Counted from the first letter of the stretch, positions 14,126-33,728 are shown. The stretch is DNA of 64,000 nt from the human T2T-CHM13v2.0 reference genome, Homo sapiens (GCF_009914755.1 NC_060943.1), one strand, 5' to 3'. Translations and numbers: made by a program. Notes: generated by a model from the letters alone, not told the origin.

Positions 14126-15700
14126 CTATTGATTTTGGTCTAGAGAAACACAAGCATAATCTCTACTCCAAGTTATTATTTTACCTATTTCCCAACTTTT
14201 TGTTACTGAATATCTCCACCAAATCAGTTGTTCTGCTTCTTTCTTTGCAGCTGGTTTCTGTAGATGCTGTTCAGTTGCTGATAACATCTGGCCTTTGGGC
14301 AGGTTCAAAACATTTAATGTTAATAATGCTACGTTCAGTTGTATCTGTGGGGTTCCATATTCTCTATTTCCCCCTTTCTGCTTTTGCAACTGCTGTTTTA
14401 GGGAAAGATTCATTCTTTCCACTATGGCTTGTCCTTGAATTGTATGGGATATCAGTAATGTGTTTAATATTCCACATAGAGAAAAATGTAGCTAGAGCTT
14501 GGCTAGTATAGCCTGGGGCATTATCTGTTTTAATAGAAGCTGGAATGCCCATCACTGCAAAACACTGCAAAAGATGACGTTTAACACAAGCAGAAGACTC
14601 TCCTGTTGGCATGTAGCCCAGACAAAGTGAGAAAAGGTGTCCACACATACATGTGGGCACCAAACGAGGGAATATGTGTGACATCTATTTGCCAAAGAGA
14701 GTTAGGTTCCAATCCTTGAGGATTAAATCCTCCTGTAAAAGATGAGGAATGTACCATTTGGCAAGTTGGCATCGCTGGATAATAGCTTTAGCTTCTTTCC
14801 AGGTAATGCTGTATCTGTGTTTGAGGCCAGAGGCATTAACATGGGTTAAATTGTGAAAGTGTCTAGCATTAGATATTGCATTAGCAACTAGGCGATCAGC
14901 CATTTGATTCCCTTCAATCAAAGGTCTTGGAAGAGGTGTATGAGCCCTAATGTGAGTGATGTAAAAAGGGTGCATTCTACTTCTAACTGCTGTTTGCAAC
15001 TGGGTAAATAAAGTAATCAGTTGTTCATCTGTATGAAATCGTAACTGCGCATTTTCAATTAACTGTGTGGAATGAACCACGTATGAAGAATCAGAAATCA
15101 CATTAATAGACATATCAAAAGCAGTCAATACCTCAGTTACAGCTACAAGCTCTTGCTTTTTGAGCTGAAGTATAGGGCGTCTGGAAAACTTTACTTTTTG
15201 AGCCAGAATAAGAAGCTTTACCATTACTAGACCCGTCTGTAAAACAATGAAAATGCTTAGCAGGCTGCAGGTTGTTTACTGCAAGAATTGTAAATGCAAA
15301 CCATTCACAGTTTTGCTCAGCTAAATGGATAGTAAAGAAACAGTCTTTCAAATATATGACTATTAAAGGCCAATTTTTTGGAATTATAGTAGGAGAAGGC
15401 AGTCCTGGCTGTAATGCTCCCATAGGTTGTATAACTGAATTGATGGCTCTTAAGTCAGTTAACATTCTCCATTTACCTGATTTTTTTCTTAATTATGAAA
15501 ACTGGAGAATTCCAAGGGGAAAATGTTGGAGCTATGTGTCCATTTTGTAATTGTTCAATGACTAATTTCTCTAAAGCCTCCAGTTTCTCTTTACTTAGCG
15601 GCCATTGTTCTACCAAATTGGCTTATCTGTTAACCATTTTAAAGGTATAGGTTCTGGAGGCTTGACAATGGCCACCATCAAAAATAATACCCTAATCTTT
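14126..15700 (-). pseudogene. HML-3 pol remnants (truncated RT, RNase H, integrase)
   Basis: [21 protein letters not shown]; FTDGSS; SDSSY; HNLTH; WQIDVT; IKTDNAPGY; several frameshifts. Confidence 0.9.
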
Positions 15701-15852
15701 GGCAGGAACTTTCTTTCTGCTTGAAGCAGTTCTTTCAAACCTTGCAAATTTTTTTCTAGTCCCATACCAGGGACATACCCCATTTCATGCATTGTATGTT
15801 GACTTTGAGGGCTATATAATTGTTCTGGAATTAGAACTTGTGCTCCCCATTG

Positions 15853-16520
15853 TCATAAATCTCTCCCCCATAAATTTACAGGTACAGAAGTTATAATTGG
15901 TTGAATAGTACCAGGTTGTCCATCAGGCCCTTCACAATGCAAAATATAACTACTTTGATATACTTTAGGGGCTTTACCAACTCCAACTATGTTAAATTGA
16001 GCAGGTTGAATTGGCCACGTGGACGGCCAGTGCTGTAGAGAAATGACTGAAATGTCTGCTCCTGTATCTACCAAACCTTTAAATTTCTTTCCCTGAATAG
16101 TTATTTTCACAGGTAGGATGTTTATCAGTAATTTGATTTACCCAATAAGCTGCTTTGCCTTGTTTATTTGTGCTTCCAAATCCTCCTGTTCGTTTAATTT
16201 CACTTTTCCCCATTTCCACATACGACACAATCAGGAGCTGTGCTATGTGCGCTCTCCTGGCTCTGCTTTCCAGGGAACAGAAGTAGATACAACAATTTGA
16301 ATTTCCCATTATAATCTGAATCAGTGTCTCCTGTATGTATTTGTACGTCTTTTAAACTTAAACTAGACCTTCCTAAAAGTAATCCTATTGTCCCTGCTGG
16401 CAAGGGTCCGCAGACTCCTGTTGGGACCTTTTGCGGGGGTTCCCCAGGCAGAAGGCTCACAGCTTTTGTGCAGCATAAATCTACTGCAGCACTACTGGCT
16501 GTGGGGGGGTGGACAGACAT
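15853..16520 (-). pseudogene. HML-3 dUTPase-protease remnants
   Basis: SAAVDLCC..GRSSL..DSDY.G; RTGGFGST; LVDTGADIS; NLWGRDL. Confidence 0.9.
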
Positions 16521-16563
16521 TGTACAGGGGTGAGGGAATGGCCTGAGCTAGAAATGCCCCGGT

Positions 16564-17871
16564 TTAGAATGGGGCCCTCATGGCGTTTCCCGAAATCGGG
16601 TTCCCTTCTTTATCAAACTTAGGATGACATTGGTTAACCCAATGTTTTCCTTTTTTACATTTTGGACATATTTCAGAATCAGCAGTTTTCTTTTCTCCCC
16701 ATCTGGCGGCCTGACTCGCTGATTTTTTTCTACATTCTTTTTTAGTATGACCATGCTTCCCACAGTTAAAACAAGCTCCAGGAAGTGGAGTATTTCCTTT
16801 ATCCACTCTCAGTCCTGCCATTGCCTATGCCAACAAAGTAGCTTTATGTAGATTATCTCTGATATCATCACAGGCCTTGATAAAATCAACTAAATGTGCT
16901 TTCCCTCTGATAGGTCACAGAGCAGCCTGGCAATCGGGATTAGCATTGTCGAAAGCTAATAACTGCAACACTATATCCTGAGCAGCCAAATCTGCAATCA
17001 TCTTTTTAAGAGACTCCTGTAACTGAGCTATAAAGTCAACGTATGGTTCTTTGGATCCCTGTTTTATAGCACTAAAGGAAGGGTATTGTTCTCTACCTGA
17101 AGTGATTTTTTCCCAAGCTCTAATGCACACTCCTCTAAGCTGTTCTATGGCATCATCCCGCATGACCAGTTGTGCATCTAAACCAGCCCAGCCTCCAACC
17201 CCCAAAAGTTGGTCTGCAGTTACATTAATTTGAGTTTGGGCCTGGGCATTGCGAGCAGCCTGAATGGAAGCTTCATCTGCCCACCAAATTTTAAATTTTA
17301 AGAACCGAGCAGGAGTTAGACAAGCTCGAGTAAGAGCATCCCAGTCAGTAGGTATCATCCAACTGGAAACAGCAACATTCTTTAACAGTCCCATTATAAA
17401 AGGAGAACCTGGTCCATACTGATGTATAGCTTTTTAAAATTCTTTGAGTAATTTAAAAGGAAAAGGCTCAAATGTAGCTGTAATATTTCCCTGTTGATCT
17501 TGGGGGGTGTATTCATTCTAACAGGGAACTGCCAAGCCTCTGTATCACCCTCTCCTCTAGCTTGCTGAATTCCTGCCTGAATAGAACTAAGAGTGGTCAC
17601 TCGGCGCTGCTCAAACAGTCACTGGGGCAACTACTTTTCGCCCAGTGTCCTCCAGAAAAGAAAGATCTGGAGGGTCTTTTTCTTGAAAATAATAAGGAGG
17701 GGGTACAGAAGGGTAGGGATGAATCTCTCTCTCCTTTCCTGCTTTAGCTTTAACTGGCAAATAAACCTCGTCTGTAACCTCTTCTGTTACTTCATTATTC
17801 ACTCATTCCTCCTCATCATCAGTGTGAAGAAGTTCCAAGGTGAAACGAACCAGACCCCATACTTGTCCCAT
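16564..17871 (-). pseudogene. HML-3 gag remnants
   Basis: MGQVWGLV start at 17871; MHR-like IKQGSKEPYVDF; CFNCGKHGHTKKEC and CPKCKKGKHWVNQCH. Confidence 0.9.
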
Positions 17872-18020
17872 TGTTACCCTGAGGCTTCCGAGCTCCCCTT
17901 CTTACTCACCATGGGGATTGCTTTAAGAGTACTCGGGTGTCCTCCAGCTAGTTTTCCGTTCCAACCATTGCTCTGGCGACCCTTCAACCTGCATTCAAGC
18001 CCCCATGAATGGACGCCACT

Positions 18021-18536
18021 TGCCAAGACCAGCTCAGTCGGGGAGACCCTAACCCAGCGGCGCTAGAGGAATTAAAGACACCACACACACCGAAATATAG
18101 AGGTGTGAAGTGGGAAATCAGGGGTCTCACAGCCTTCAGAGGTGAGAGCCCCAAACAGAGATTTACCCACATATTTATTAACAGCAAACCAGTCATTAGC
18201 ATTGTTTCTATAGATATTAAATTAACTAAAAATATCCATTATGGGAAACAAAGGGATGGGCCAAATTAAAGGAATAGGTTGGGCTAGTTAACTGCAGCAG
18301 GAGCATGTCCTTAAGGCACAGATAGCTCATGCTGTTATTTGTGGCTTAAGAATGCCTTTAAGCGGTTTTCCGCCCTGGGTGGGCCAGGCGTTCCTTGCCC
18401 TCATTCCAGTAAACCCACAACCTTCCAGTGTGGGCGTTAGGGCCATTATGAACATGTTACAGTGTTGCAGAGATTTTGTTTATGGCCAGTTTTGGGGCCA
18501 GTTTATGGCCAGATTTTGGGGGGCCTGCTCCCAACA
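18021..18536 (-). mobile_element. 5' LTR (MER9); PBS immediately downstream (about 17998-18018)
   Basis: Colinear with the 3' LTR; followed on the minus strand by TGGCGTCCATTCATGGGGGC. Confidence 0.9.
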
Positions 18537-18690
18537 TAAAGTATATTGATGTTTTTTTTATTACAGCTAGTATATATTTAAGAATGTTAGTATAGGATTT
18601 TGAATAAATTTTGTTTTTAAGAGAAGTTATAATTTAATTAGATGGGGAGGAAAGTCTTTGAAGAGGAACCTCTACTTTACTTTTTATAAA
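18537..18690 (-). mobile_element. ERV1-type LTR (LTR10-like) 5' portion
   Basis: Reverse complement begins ...AAAAAGTAAAGTAGAGGTTCCTCTTCAAAGACTTTCCTCCCC and joins 12378-12569 across the TSD. Confidence 0.55.
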
Positions 18691-18887
18691 GTGATTCTCC
18701 TGCTCAGTCTCCCCAGTAGCTGGGATTACAGGCATGTGCCACCACGCCTGGCTAATTCTGTGTTTTTAGTAGAGACAGGGTTTCTCCATGTTGTTCAGGG
18801 TGGTCTCAAACTCCTTACTTCAGATGATCTGCCCACCTCAGCCTCCCAAAGTGCTGGGATTACAGGCGTGAGCCACCATGCCCAGCC

Positions 18888-19090
18888 TGTAGTGGTTCTT
18901 TAATGAGCAGCTTTATTGCTTTGGCAAAAGGTTGGAATAATCCATATGAGCCTATGATGTTAGGTCCCTTACAGAGTTGTATGTAACCTAAACTATTCAT
19001 TCAACAAATGTTAAGATTGCTGTAGTGAGAATGGTGGGAAATAAGTAGGAGAAGGTTAATTATAAACTTATTGTTAAGAAGAAGGATTAG
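18888..19090 (-). pseudogene. NUMT: MT-ND1 5' end plus tRNA-Leu(UUR) 3' remnant
   Basis: Reverse complement aligns to INLLLL...LGYMQL.KGPNI.G.YGL.QPFA.AMKL. Confidence 0.8.
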
Positions 19091-19134
19091 TTTACTTTGA
19101 CTAGTACGTCTTAGTCAAAATCATTTTGAGGTTA

Positions 19135-19979
<845 letters not shown>

Positions 19980-20740
19980 TAGAAGTTCCCTCGTATTCCT
20001 GATTATTTCTATTTTGAAGGAGTGTTGAGGTTTGTCACTTTTTTTTTGCATGTGTTTAGATTGTGGTTTTTGATGTTGATTCTGTAACTACTGTGTATTG
20101 CATAAGTTGATTTTTGAAATGTAAGCAATGTTGCTTCCATGAATTAAATTCCACTTTGTCATGGAGTACAGATGTTGTCATATATGGGTGGATTCTCTTT
20201 GCAATTATATTGCTCCGGCTTTGTGTGTTAACATTTAAAGAGATATTCATGTATAGTATTATAGTCTAGCATTATAATATGCATATATATACACATTTAT
20301 ATACATGCACACATAAAGTATATATAGTATATAGTCTAGTTATGATAGATAACATAAATATTATATATAACTTGTAATGTGGTATATAGCTGTTGTATAT
20401 AAATGGCATTATAGTAAACAACTTAATGAATTATGACATTATAGTATATAAAATTGATATAGTTTTAGTCTCCAGTGTATAGTGGGTTTCATTTCTATGT
20501 CAGCCTGCAGAATTATTCAAATACCACATTCTCATCCTCCCACGGGAACAAAGGAAAATCTTACCCTCTTGATGCTACAGTGTGCCATTCAAAAATATTC
20601 GTGATCATGGATTTAGGAAAGATTCTATGATATGACAATACAAGCACTAGGAACAAAGAAAAAGTATGTAATTGAGACTGCATTGAAATTTTAAACTTTT
20701 TTGTGTTTCAAAGGACACCACACCAGGAAGACATTGAAAA

Positions 20741-20860
20741 GCATATAGCCATGCCAGCCTGAATGCACCTGATCTTTTTTGATCTCAGTTCCTGCCAGGA
20801 TTGGGTCTGGTTATTACTTATATGAGAGTAATACTGGGAATACTGAGTGCTGTACACTTT
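20741..20860 (+). pseudogene. 5S rRNA retropseudogene
   Basis: 120 bp colinear with 5S (GCCAT.CCA.CCTGAA..CACCTGATCT...CTGGTTA.TACTT...CTGGGAATAC...GTGCTGTA..CTTT) followed by an A-tail. Confidence 0.85.
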
Positions 20861-21039
20861 AAAAAAAGAAAAGGGGCCGAGCGCTGTGGCTTATACCTGT
20901 AATCCCAGCACTTTGGGAGGCTGACGCGGGAGCTCAGGAGTTCAAGACTGGCCTCAAAAACACGGTAAACCCCATGTCTACCAAAAATACAAAAAATTAC
21001 CTGGGAGTGGTGGTGCACGCCTTTGGTCCCAGCTACTCA

Positions 21040-21171
<132 letters not shown>

Positions 21172-21729
21172 TTATCATGGGTTGAGGAAATGGAACTTGA
21201 TTGAATATCAAGTTTTGGGGGGATTCTCCCTGAACTCCCTTAGAAGGATTTTTGATGTAACTGGGCTCTGCAGGAGAAGGACAAAACGGGTCAAGAAGAG
21301 GGCCTAAGCAGCCTGACTCATGTTTGGTCAAGGAAGGAAGAAGTCCGTAAGACTCCCGTAGCTGGCTCTTTTTAGGAAGGACAATCCCTAAATATTTGAT
21401 TTCCTCGCTATATTCCAAAATACCCGCTTTCCCTCTCTAAAGGACATCTTCAATTATGGATCCACCCTGACATATTTGAAAGAGCTGCAGTATTTTAATT
21501 GATTTTTATATTCCCACAGAGCCATATATGACTCTCTTTAAAATTTTATTATGTTGGCTGGGTCCATTGGCTCACGCCTGTAATTCCAGCATTTTGGGAG
21601 GCCAAGGCGGGCGGATCATGAGGTCAGGAGATCAAGACCATTCTGGCTAATATGGTGAAACCCCATCACTACTAAAAATATAAAAAAAAATTAGCTGGGT
21701 GTGGTGGCAGGTGCCTGTAGTCCTAGCTA

Positions 21730-22068
<339 letters not shown>

Positions 22069-22419
22069 TTATGTGTGTTGTGGTCATTTGGATTTATCTT
22101 GGAGAAATGTTATTGGACTACATTGCCTATCTTTTTTTTTTTTTTTTTTTTTTTGAGACAGAGTCTCGCTGTCTTGCCTCGGCTGGAGCACAATGGCATG
22201 ATCCTGGCTCACTGCAGCTTCTGCCTCCCAAGGGGCTGGGATTATGGGTGTCTACCACCACCCCCAGCTAATTTTTGTATTTTTAGTGTAGATGAGGTTT
22301 CACCGTGTTGCCAGGCTGGTCTCGAACTACTGACCTCAAGTGATCTGCCCGCCTCGGCCTCCCAAAGAGCTGGGATTAAGCTGTGAGCCACTGCACCCAG
22401 CCCATTGCCCATGTTTTGA

Positions 22420-22656
<237 letters not shown>

Positions 22657-22739
22657 TAACCAGGCTGGTCTCGATCTCCTGACCTCATGATCCACCTGCC
22701 TCGGCCTCCCAAAGTGAATTTATTATTTTTAATTACTAT

Positions 22740-23120
22740 AAAATAAAATTACATTTTATTAGCTTAAGCAATTTTAAGTGTACAGTTTACTTAGACAGCT
22801 CTGTGTAACTTATCTAAGATGAATCATAATCTGTTTTGTGTGTGACTACCATTGTGTAATTTCTATAGCATCGTGAATTTTCATGTATGAAGCATGGGAC
22901 AGGGTGTTATTTTCTAAGATTAAATAATATTTCATTGTATGTAGATGCCTACCACATTTTTGTTATGCATACAACCATCAGTGGACATGTGGATGGATCC
23001 AGCTCTTGGCTATTGTCAACAGTGGTTTTCAAATATGTCTCCATGATCTGGTTTTCTACTTTTTTTTTTTTTAATTCAGTATAAATAGACCTACAAGTCA
23101 GCTATTGGAAGATATGGTAA
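22740..23120 (-). mobile_element. Old L1 3' fragment, also present at the paralogous positions 36720-37030 and 63570-63870
   Basis: L1M-like antisense sequence. Confidence 0.6.
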
Positions 23121-23153
23121 TTTTGTTTGTTTGTTTGTTTTTTTTGAGACTGA

Positions 23154-23366
<213 letters not shown>

Positions 23367-23492
23367 TGATCTGCCCTCCTTGGCCTCCCAAAGTACTGGG
23401 ATTACAGGCATGAGCCACCATTCCTGGCCATGATTTTGTTATTTTTAAAGGCACTATCATACTATTTTCCAGAAGGGCTGAGCCATTTATAA

Positions 23493-23837
<345 letters not shown>

Positions 23838-24549
23838 TGAACCACCACGCCTGTTCACACAAACGTTTTTATGTTTGATAAATATTTGCCTTTTTGTCAC
23901 GATTTGGCACCCTGGGGTTTTTACCTCTCAATCTTGTTGACATTCAGCTTTGAGCAATTCAGTTACAATTTAGGCTTTACTACCCAAGCAGAGATTCCCA
24001 GAATCGTTTCTTCTCATGAGTTTGGTTTTTTTTTAGTTATTTATAACTGTCTTATTAGTTAGATTGATGGGCCCCTCGCAAAATCCAGTTTTTTGTTTGT
24101 TTCTGTTGCTGGTATTTAGAACGAAATCTACTTTCTAGATATCATGAAAGTTTAAACTTGGGAACAGACATTTTCAAGGATACACAGCCTCAAGACTCCT
24201 CATGTTAACTTTTTTCTGCATGCGAATTTACAGGACTTTGTTACAGCAGCTACTACAGATCCACACTACAAATAGACATTAGGGGCAGCCCAGACAGCAC
24301 ATCTTTCTGTGTGGATTCACCGGAAACTCATACATTTTCCTATTCTGCTGTTCCTTTACCCCATGGTTAAATTGTAGCATCGGAATTGCTTTATGGAAGA
24401 AAGTGAGTATAGGCAGCGTAAGAGGTCTGATGACCAAGTCATGAAATCTTTGGAGTCCATAGCATCATGAGAACTTCTTGGGAATAGGGTATAGATGCCC
24501 AGTGATATCAGTCTCACCCATCCTTCTCTACACATATGGGATGTTTTAG

Positions 24550-24708
<159 letters not shown>

Positions 24709-24878
24709 TAGAGAAGTGTTTCTCATTCATCAGTGCTGTTGAGTAATTTGGAATATGGACAGGCAATACTTTGATGAGTAAGTGAGGCACGGTTGTAGTG
24801 TATCATGAACATAGAATCAAATAATCATTTCATAATTTTATACTAATCCAGGCCTGTGTATCTGCGCCTGTATTTTAG

Positions 24879-24939
24879 GGAAGAAATGGAAAGACCAGAA
24901 CATTGAAAATGAGTACAAAAATCCCAGGAGCAACCTAAG
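24879..24939 (+). pseudogene. ZNF788P: ZNF788P KRAB-B-type exon
   Basis: ttttag|GKKWKDQNIENEYKNPRSNL R|gtaat; 61 bp. Confidence 0.9.
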
Positions 24940-25437
24940 GTAATCTGCACTCACAGGACAAAGCAGTGTCTCTAGAAAATTTTAGAGTGGGAGGAAATGT
25001 TAAAAAGAAGGGAACAAACAAAAAAGCTGAGTTCCATTATATTTATTCTTAGAATATTTTCTCTAAAAACATGCATTTATTTGTGACACAGGCTGGACAC
25101 CATGGCTTATGCCTATAATCAACCCTTTGAGAGGTTCAGACCAGAGGATTGCATGAGCCCAGGAGTCTGAGGCTGCACTGAGCCATGATGACATCATTAG
25201 ACTGTAGCCTGGGCAACAGGGCAAGATTCTCAGAAACAAAATTAAAAGACAAAGAGTTTTTGTATGTGTACAGTAGTTTACATGGAAATCGTATTAAGCT
25301 CCATATATTTTTTGATAATAGATACGGCTGGGCCATCTGGTAGACCATGTGGTCCATTCATGTTCAAACAATTCAGACAGAGTAGAAAGCCTACACTTTG
25401 CTGGATAATGTTAAAAATGCAAGTGTAAGACTTGTGA

Positions 25438-28024
<2,587 letters not shown>

Positions 28025-28121
28025 CTGTTTTCTGAGTTGAGAAGAGCTACTTGTGAATGGACAATTAAATCTAGATGTATTTAGATCTGATACAATTCAT
28101 CTGTAGCCAACCTTTTTTTAA

Positions 28122-28433
<312 letters not shown>

Positions 28434-29162
28434 TAGGCACAGACAAGGAAGGTTATCAGTCACATATTAGAGGCACCACACAGGGAGAGCAGTGTGTGGC
28501 CACATGCTTCAGCCCATTTTTTCTGATTCTCTTGCTTGCAAATTAAGAGTATTCTCCAAATCACTTGACTTTCCTTTTCTCAGAGTTATAGTTCTCCAGA
28601 GATGTCACCAGATGATTCACATTAAAGGTACATTTCCAGTTGACTTTTTTATTTCAGATATTAGTAAATGATTACCAGAGAACTAATTCAAACTGTCATG
28701 GTTGGAAATACTCTGATGCTCAACTCCCTAATCTATAGAGTGAGTTAAGGTCTATACTCTTTTGCAAGCATTGTTCTAGTGGCAGTGACCCTGTTCATGA
28801 TTCAGCCTGACATTTACTATGCTGCCCTGAAAACCAACTAGATGGGAGCTTGTTTCTCTCTGCATTGTGTAGTGAGTGGTGTCACCCAGGACTTTCATGT
28901 GAGAAAAAGCACCTTGCTTTTAATCTGGGAATTTTGAGTGTTTTTTGTAATGCCTCAGTTTATTCTTATTTATGGTTGATTATATGTGATTTAGAACACT
29001 TGCTATTTATGTCTGATCCCACAAATCAGCACTCACTTTATTTGCAAAGCACCAAATTTCGTGTAAGAGGTGTAGTAATTGGGAATGTGAAGCTAAGTTA
29101 CATTCTTTCTCTTTATTTACATGTCTCCCTTTCTATAGGCCTCTTTTTCCCCCCCTTTTTGA

Positions 29163-29261
<99 letters not shown>

Positions 29262-30437
29262 TGAGTAGCTGGGATTACAGGCATGCACCACCACGCCCAG
29301 CTAATTTTTATATTTTTAGTAGAGACAAGGTTTCACCATGTTGGCCAGGAAGGTCTTGATCTCCTGACCTCGTGATCTGCTCACTTTGGCCTCCCAAAGT
29401 GCTGGGATTACAGGTGTGAGCCACTGTGCCCTGCCTCTATAGGCTTCTTAAACCATTTACTCAAGGCATATGTCAGACCCTGGTCAAAGTAATACAAAAA
29501 AGGTATATACAAAAATTGTGTTAACTCCAAAAGGTGGAATGTAACTCTTTGAGAACTACTCCAATAAGTAAACTCAGGTATTATACACATATAGGAAGGA
29601 GAACTGTTGCCACTGGTGAATTGTTCGTAGCTTTCACTCTCCTCATGGGTATTCATTTTTAAAGAAAGTCTCCCTCTGTCACCCAGGTTGGAGAGCAGTG
29701 GTGCAATCATAGCTCACTGTAGCCTTGAACTCTTGGGCTTCTCCAGCCTCAGCCTTCTGAAGTAGCTGGGACCACAGGTGCTTGCCACCACACTTGGCTA
29801 ATTTTTGTATTACTGGTAGAGATGAGGTTTTGCCATGTGGCCCAGGCTGGTCTTGAACTCCTGTGCTCAAGCAGTCTTTCTGTCACGGCTTCCCAAAGTG
29901 CTGGGATTATAGCTGTGAGGCATTGTGCCTGGCTCTGCCTCAGCCTCTTCAGTAGTTGGAAGTACAGGCACAGGCCACCTCGGCTAGCTAACTTTTAAAA
30001 TTATTTAATAATTTGTCTTTTAATAGCTTTTGTAGACAGTCTTACTCTGTCACGCAGGCTGGTGTGCAGTGGCAGGATCATGGCTCACTGCAGCCTCGAC
30101 CTCCCTGGGCTCCGGTGATCTTCCTATCTCAGTCTCTCAAGTGGCTGGGACTACAGGCATGTGACACAACACCCAGGTAATGTTCGTATTTTTTGTAGTT
30201 ACAGGGTTTTGCCTTGTTGTTCATTCTGGTCTCAAACTCTGGGTTGCTAACAATCCTCCCACCTTGGCATCCTGTAGTGCTGGGGTTACAGGCTTGAGCT
30301 ATGGCACTCGGCCTCCCAGGTAGTTGTTGAAAGGCCTGGCCTGAGGCCAGGCGCGGTGGCTCACGCCTGTAATCCCAGCACTTTGGGAGGCCGAGGCAGG
30401 CGGATCACCTGAGGTCAGGAGTTCGAGACCAGCCTCA

Positions 30438-30702
<265 letters not shown>

Positions 30703-31559
30703 TCAGGTACCACTGCAAATTTGCAGAGGGTAACAGAGGCTGAGGCCAGTATGGAGGCTGCAGAGGGAGGGAAATGGAGCTCCCATGGGTGCTTCCTGGG
30801 CGGCCCAACCTATTCTGCATGTGGCCTCCAGCTGTTCAGAGCAGCTCCAGGAGTGTGGATTCTGATAAGCCGCAGAGCCCTGGAAAGCAAGAGACTATGT
30901 GCAGATGTCCTTGGCAGGGCGCTGTCCCTTCTGTGGTTGGACCTCTGGAGCCTGGGGCCATATTCGGGAACAGTGTTTTGGTTCTGACATGCATAGGGTC
31001 CCTGGGGTCAGACGGTAATCTGTATATATGAAGAAAATCTGTGAAGGTCAGGTTTGGAGACAGAATTGTTTGGGACCTCACCTGCAGAAACAGTTTATGA
31101 AGTTGACTATTTAGCTCAGAAGCTTAGACTGTCACCTGGTAAGAGTTTCCTGCTGGTAAATGTGAAGGTCTGGAAGGAGGGAGCATTTCCACACTGTGAG
31201 GAGGGGATGGGGGAGTATGAGAGAAAGCCTTGGCTATGTCTCATCCTCAGTTGCCACCCCCTGAAGGACACCTGCCTCTCCCTCCTGGTCCAATCATGCC
31301 TGACCTGGTCTTGGTTCCTCTCTGACTCTGAGGTGACGAGATTGCCCTGCTGGACACTGAGTCTGGAATTCCCAGTACACACTTGTAACCCCAATGGAGA
31401 AGAAAGGAGCAGGAACAGCTCTTTGAGTGAGGAAAAAGATAGTGCCCTGTCTAAAATTCGGGAGCAAATTTCACTAAAATGAAAATATCCAATGACCAAG
31501 TTGTAGGGAGGGAGCTGGCCCTTAGATGGTGGCTAGAACCCCTCACTTCTGCTCCCCAG

Positions 31560-32200
31560 GTCCAGTTACCCAGGGCTTCTACTGTCACTCTGGGATGAGG
31601 GGATGGGGGCCTGGACCTCTGTCCAATCAGGAGTGCTGGGGCGGGGCCCTGCCAACTGTCTGTCCTGGGAAGGTGGGGACGCATTCCCGCTCTCACCTTG
31701 GTGACCTTGCCTACTGAGATTGGGATCCAGTCTTTCCCGCTGTGAAAGGGACCAGGTCCCTACACCACAACTGCCGTCGCTCTGTCGCCTGCACTGTGAC
31801 CTGCACTAGTCACGGGAGCCCTAGAGAGATAAGCCAGGACGCCTGGAAATGGTGAGTGTTTGGGGCCAGCTACCCGAAACCCGGCAGGGGCTGGGTGGAA
31901 ACGGCCAGAACCGGCTGTGACGGGACCCCAGGCCCCCTGCAGGCGACTTCAGGGTTTGGGACCCGAGTTCTGGCACATCTCGGCCCTCAGTCTCCTCGGC
32001 CGCAAGGTGGGGTTGTGCCAGCAGCCGGGACCTTGGGCGTCCTGTCCCGTCCCTGCCTGGTGACTGCGGTCCCGGAGCCCTCTGTGGGCAGCTCCGCCCC
32101 CGCAACCTCGCGTCTGTGCGGGGGCCACACATGACATAAGGAGAGTCCTGCCTTGGGTGTAGGGTTCGTGTGGGAGGAGCTGCGGTCCCTGGGGCCCCCA
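31560..32200 (+). promoter_or_regulatory. Orphan KZFP-type promoter and exon 1 (ATG 31849-31851|GTGAGT)
   Basis: CCAAT at 31623 + GC box + exon-1 donor, homologous to ZNF788P and ZNF20; no downstream KRAB exon seen. Confidence 0.75.
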
Positions 32201-32318
32201 GTACGTTTTTTTCCTGTTAAACTGGGCCGGGGGTGGTGGCTCACGCCTGTAATCCCAGCACTTTGGGAGGCCGAGGCAGGCGGATCACGAGGTCGGAAGA
32301 TCGAGACCATCCTGGCTA

Positions 32319-32627
<309 letters not shown>

Positions 32628-33224
32628 CTATCATCCTCATCTGGCTGTTCAGCTATATCCTTTGTAATGTCCTTTACAATATATAGGTAAACAAAAAATT
32701 AAACTGAGGCACTGTTAAAAATTAAACAGTTTGAACATATGGTGATTTATGAATGAGAATCACCCAGTCGTGGTTTGTGGTTTGTTATCGAAAAATTTAG
32801 AAGAATTGCATTTTAGTTGTGTTTCGATTCCTTAGGTAGAACCTTAGTGCACTACAAACACTTTGGTCCAATTGCTGCTCTTAATTTCTTCACACTGCCT
32901 ATGGGGACTGGTTTATCCCTGCATTTTCCTCATCTATGGGATACAGGGTCTCAAATCCTCAACCCTGTGACCCCAGCCTAACTCTTGTAGTAATGTTAGG
33001 AAATTTTCAATTTCTTCCCCAAATCTCCAAACGTTAACCCTTTTTCTCCAATTCACAGTATTATCAACGATTTGTTCTTTATTGTAGAGTATATTTCTTC
33101 ATCCTTTCTCTCACATCGATGCAGTTTTTAATGGTTATCATTTTTTCACAGGGTCCATGGATGACAATTTAAAAATATTTGTGTTGTTTCTGAACATTTC
33201 ACATAAGAGGAAAGTAGAGAATAA

Positions 33225-33461
<237 letters not shown>

Positions 33462-33728
33462 TAGCCAGGCTGGTCTTTTAACTCCTGATCTCAGGTGATC
33501 TGCCCACCTCGGCCTCTCAAAGTGCTGGGATTACAGGGGTGAGCAACTGCACCCGGCCCACTGATGTATTTCAAACAGGTTACCTTATGGTGATATTCAG
33601 TCTTTATTTAAGGATATATGACATCTTTCCATTTATTACCCTTTACTTTGATGTCTTTCAGTATATACTTTTTGCATAATAATTATTTTATATCCTTCCT
33701 GAGAATTTTAGGGATTTCAAGAAAGTTA

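Larger units (their letters stand above)
12570..18536 (-). mobile_element. HERV-K(HML-3)/HERVK9 provirus with MER9 LTRs, internally deleted and defective
   Basis: Two 516-bp LTRs; TAAAGT TSD; tRNA-Lys-type PBS; PPT; gag CCHC knuckles, dUTPase, protease DTGAD, RT, RNase H, integrase and env-leader fragments. Confidence 0.9.

Noticed and set aside
20741-20860. Functional 5S rRNA gene
   Set aside because: Solitary, A-tailed and heavily substituted, including the internal promoter region
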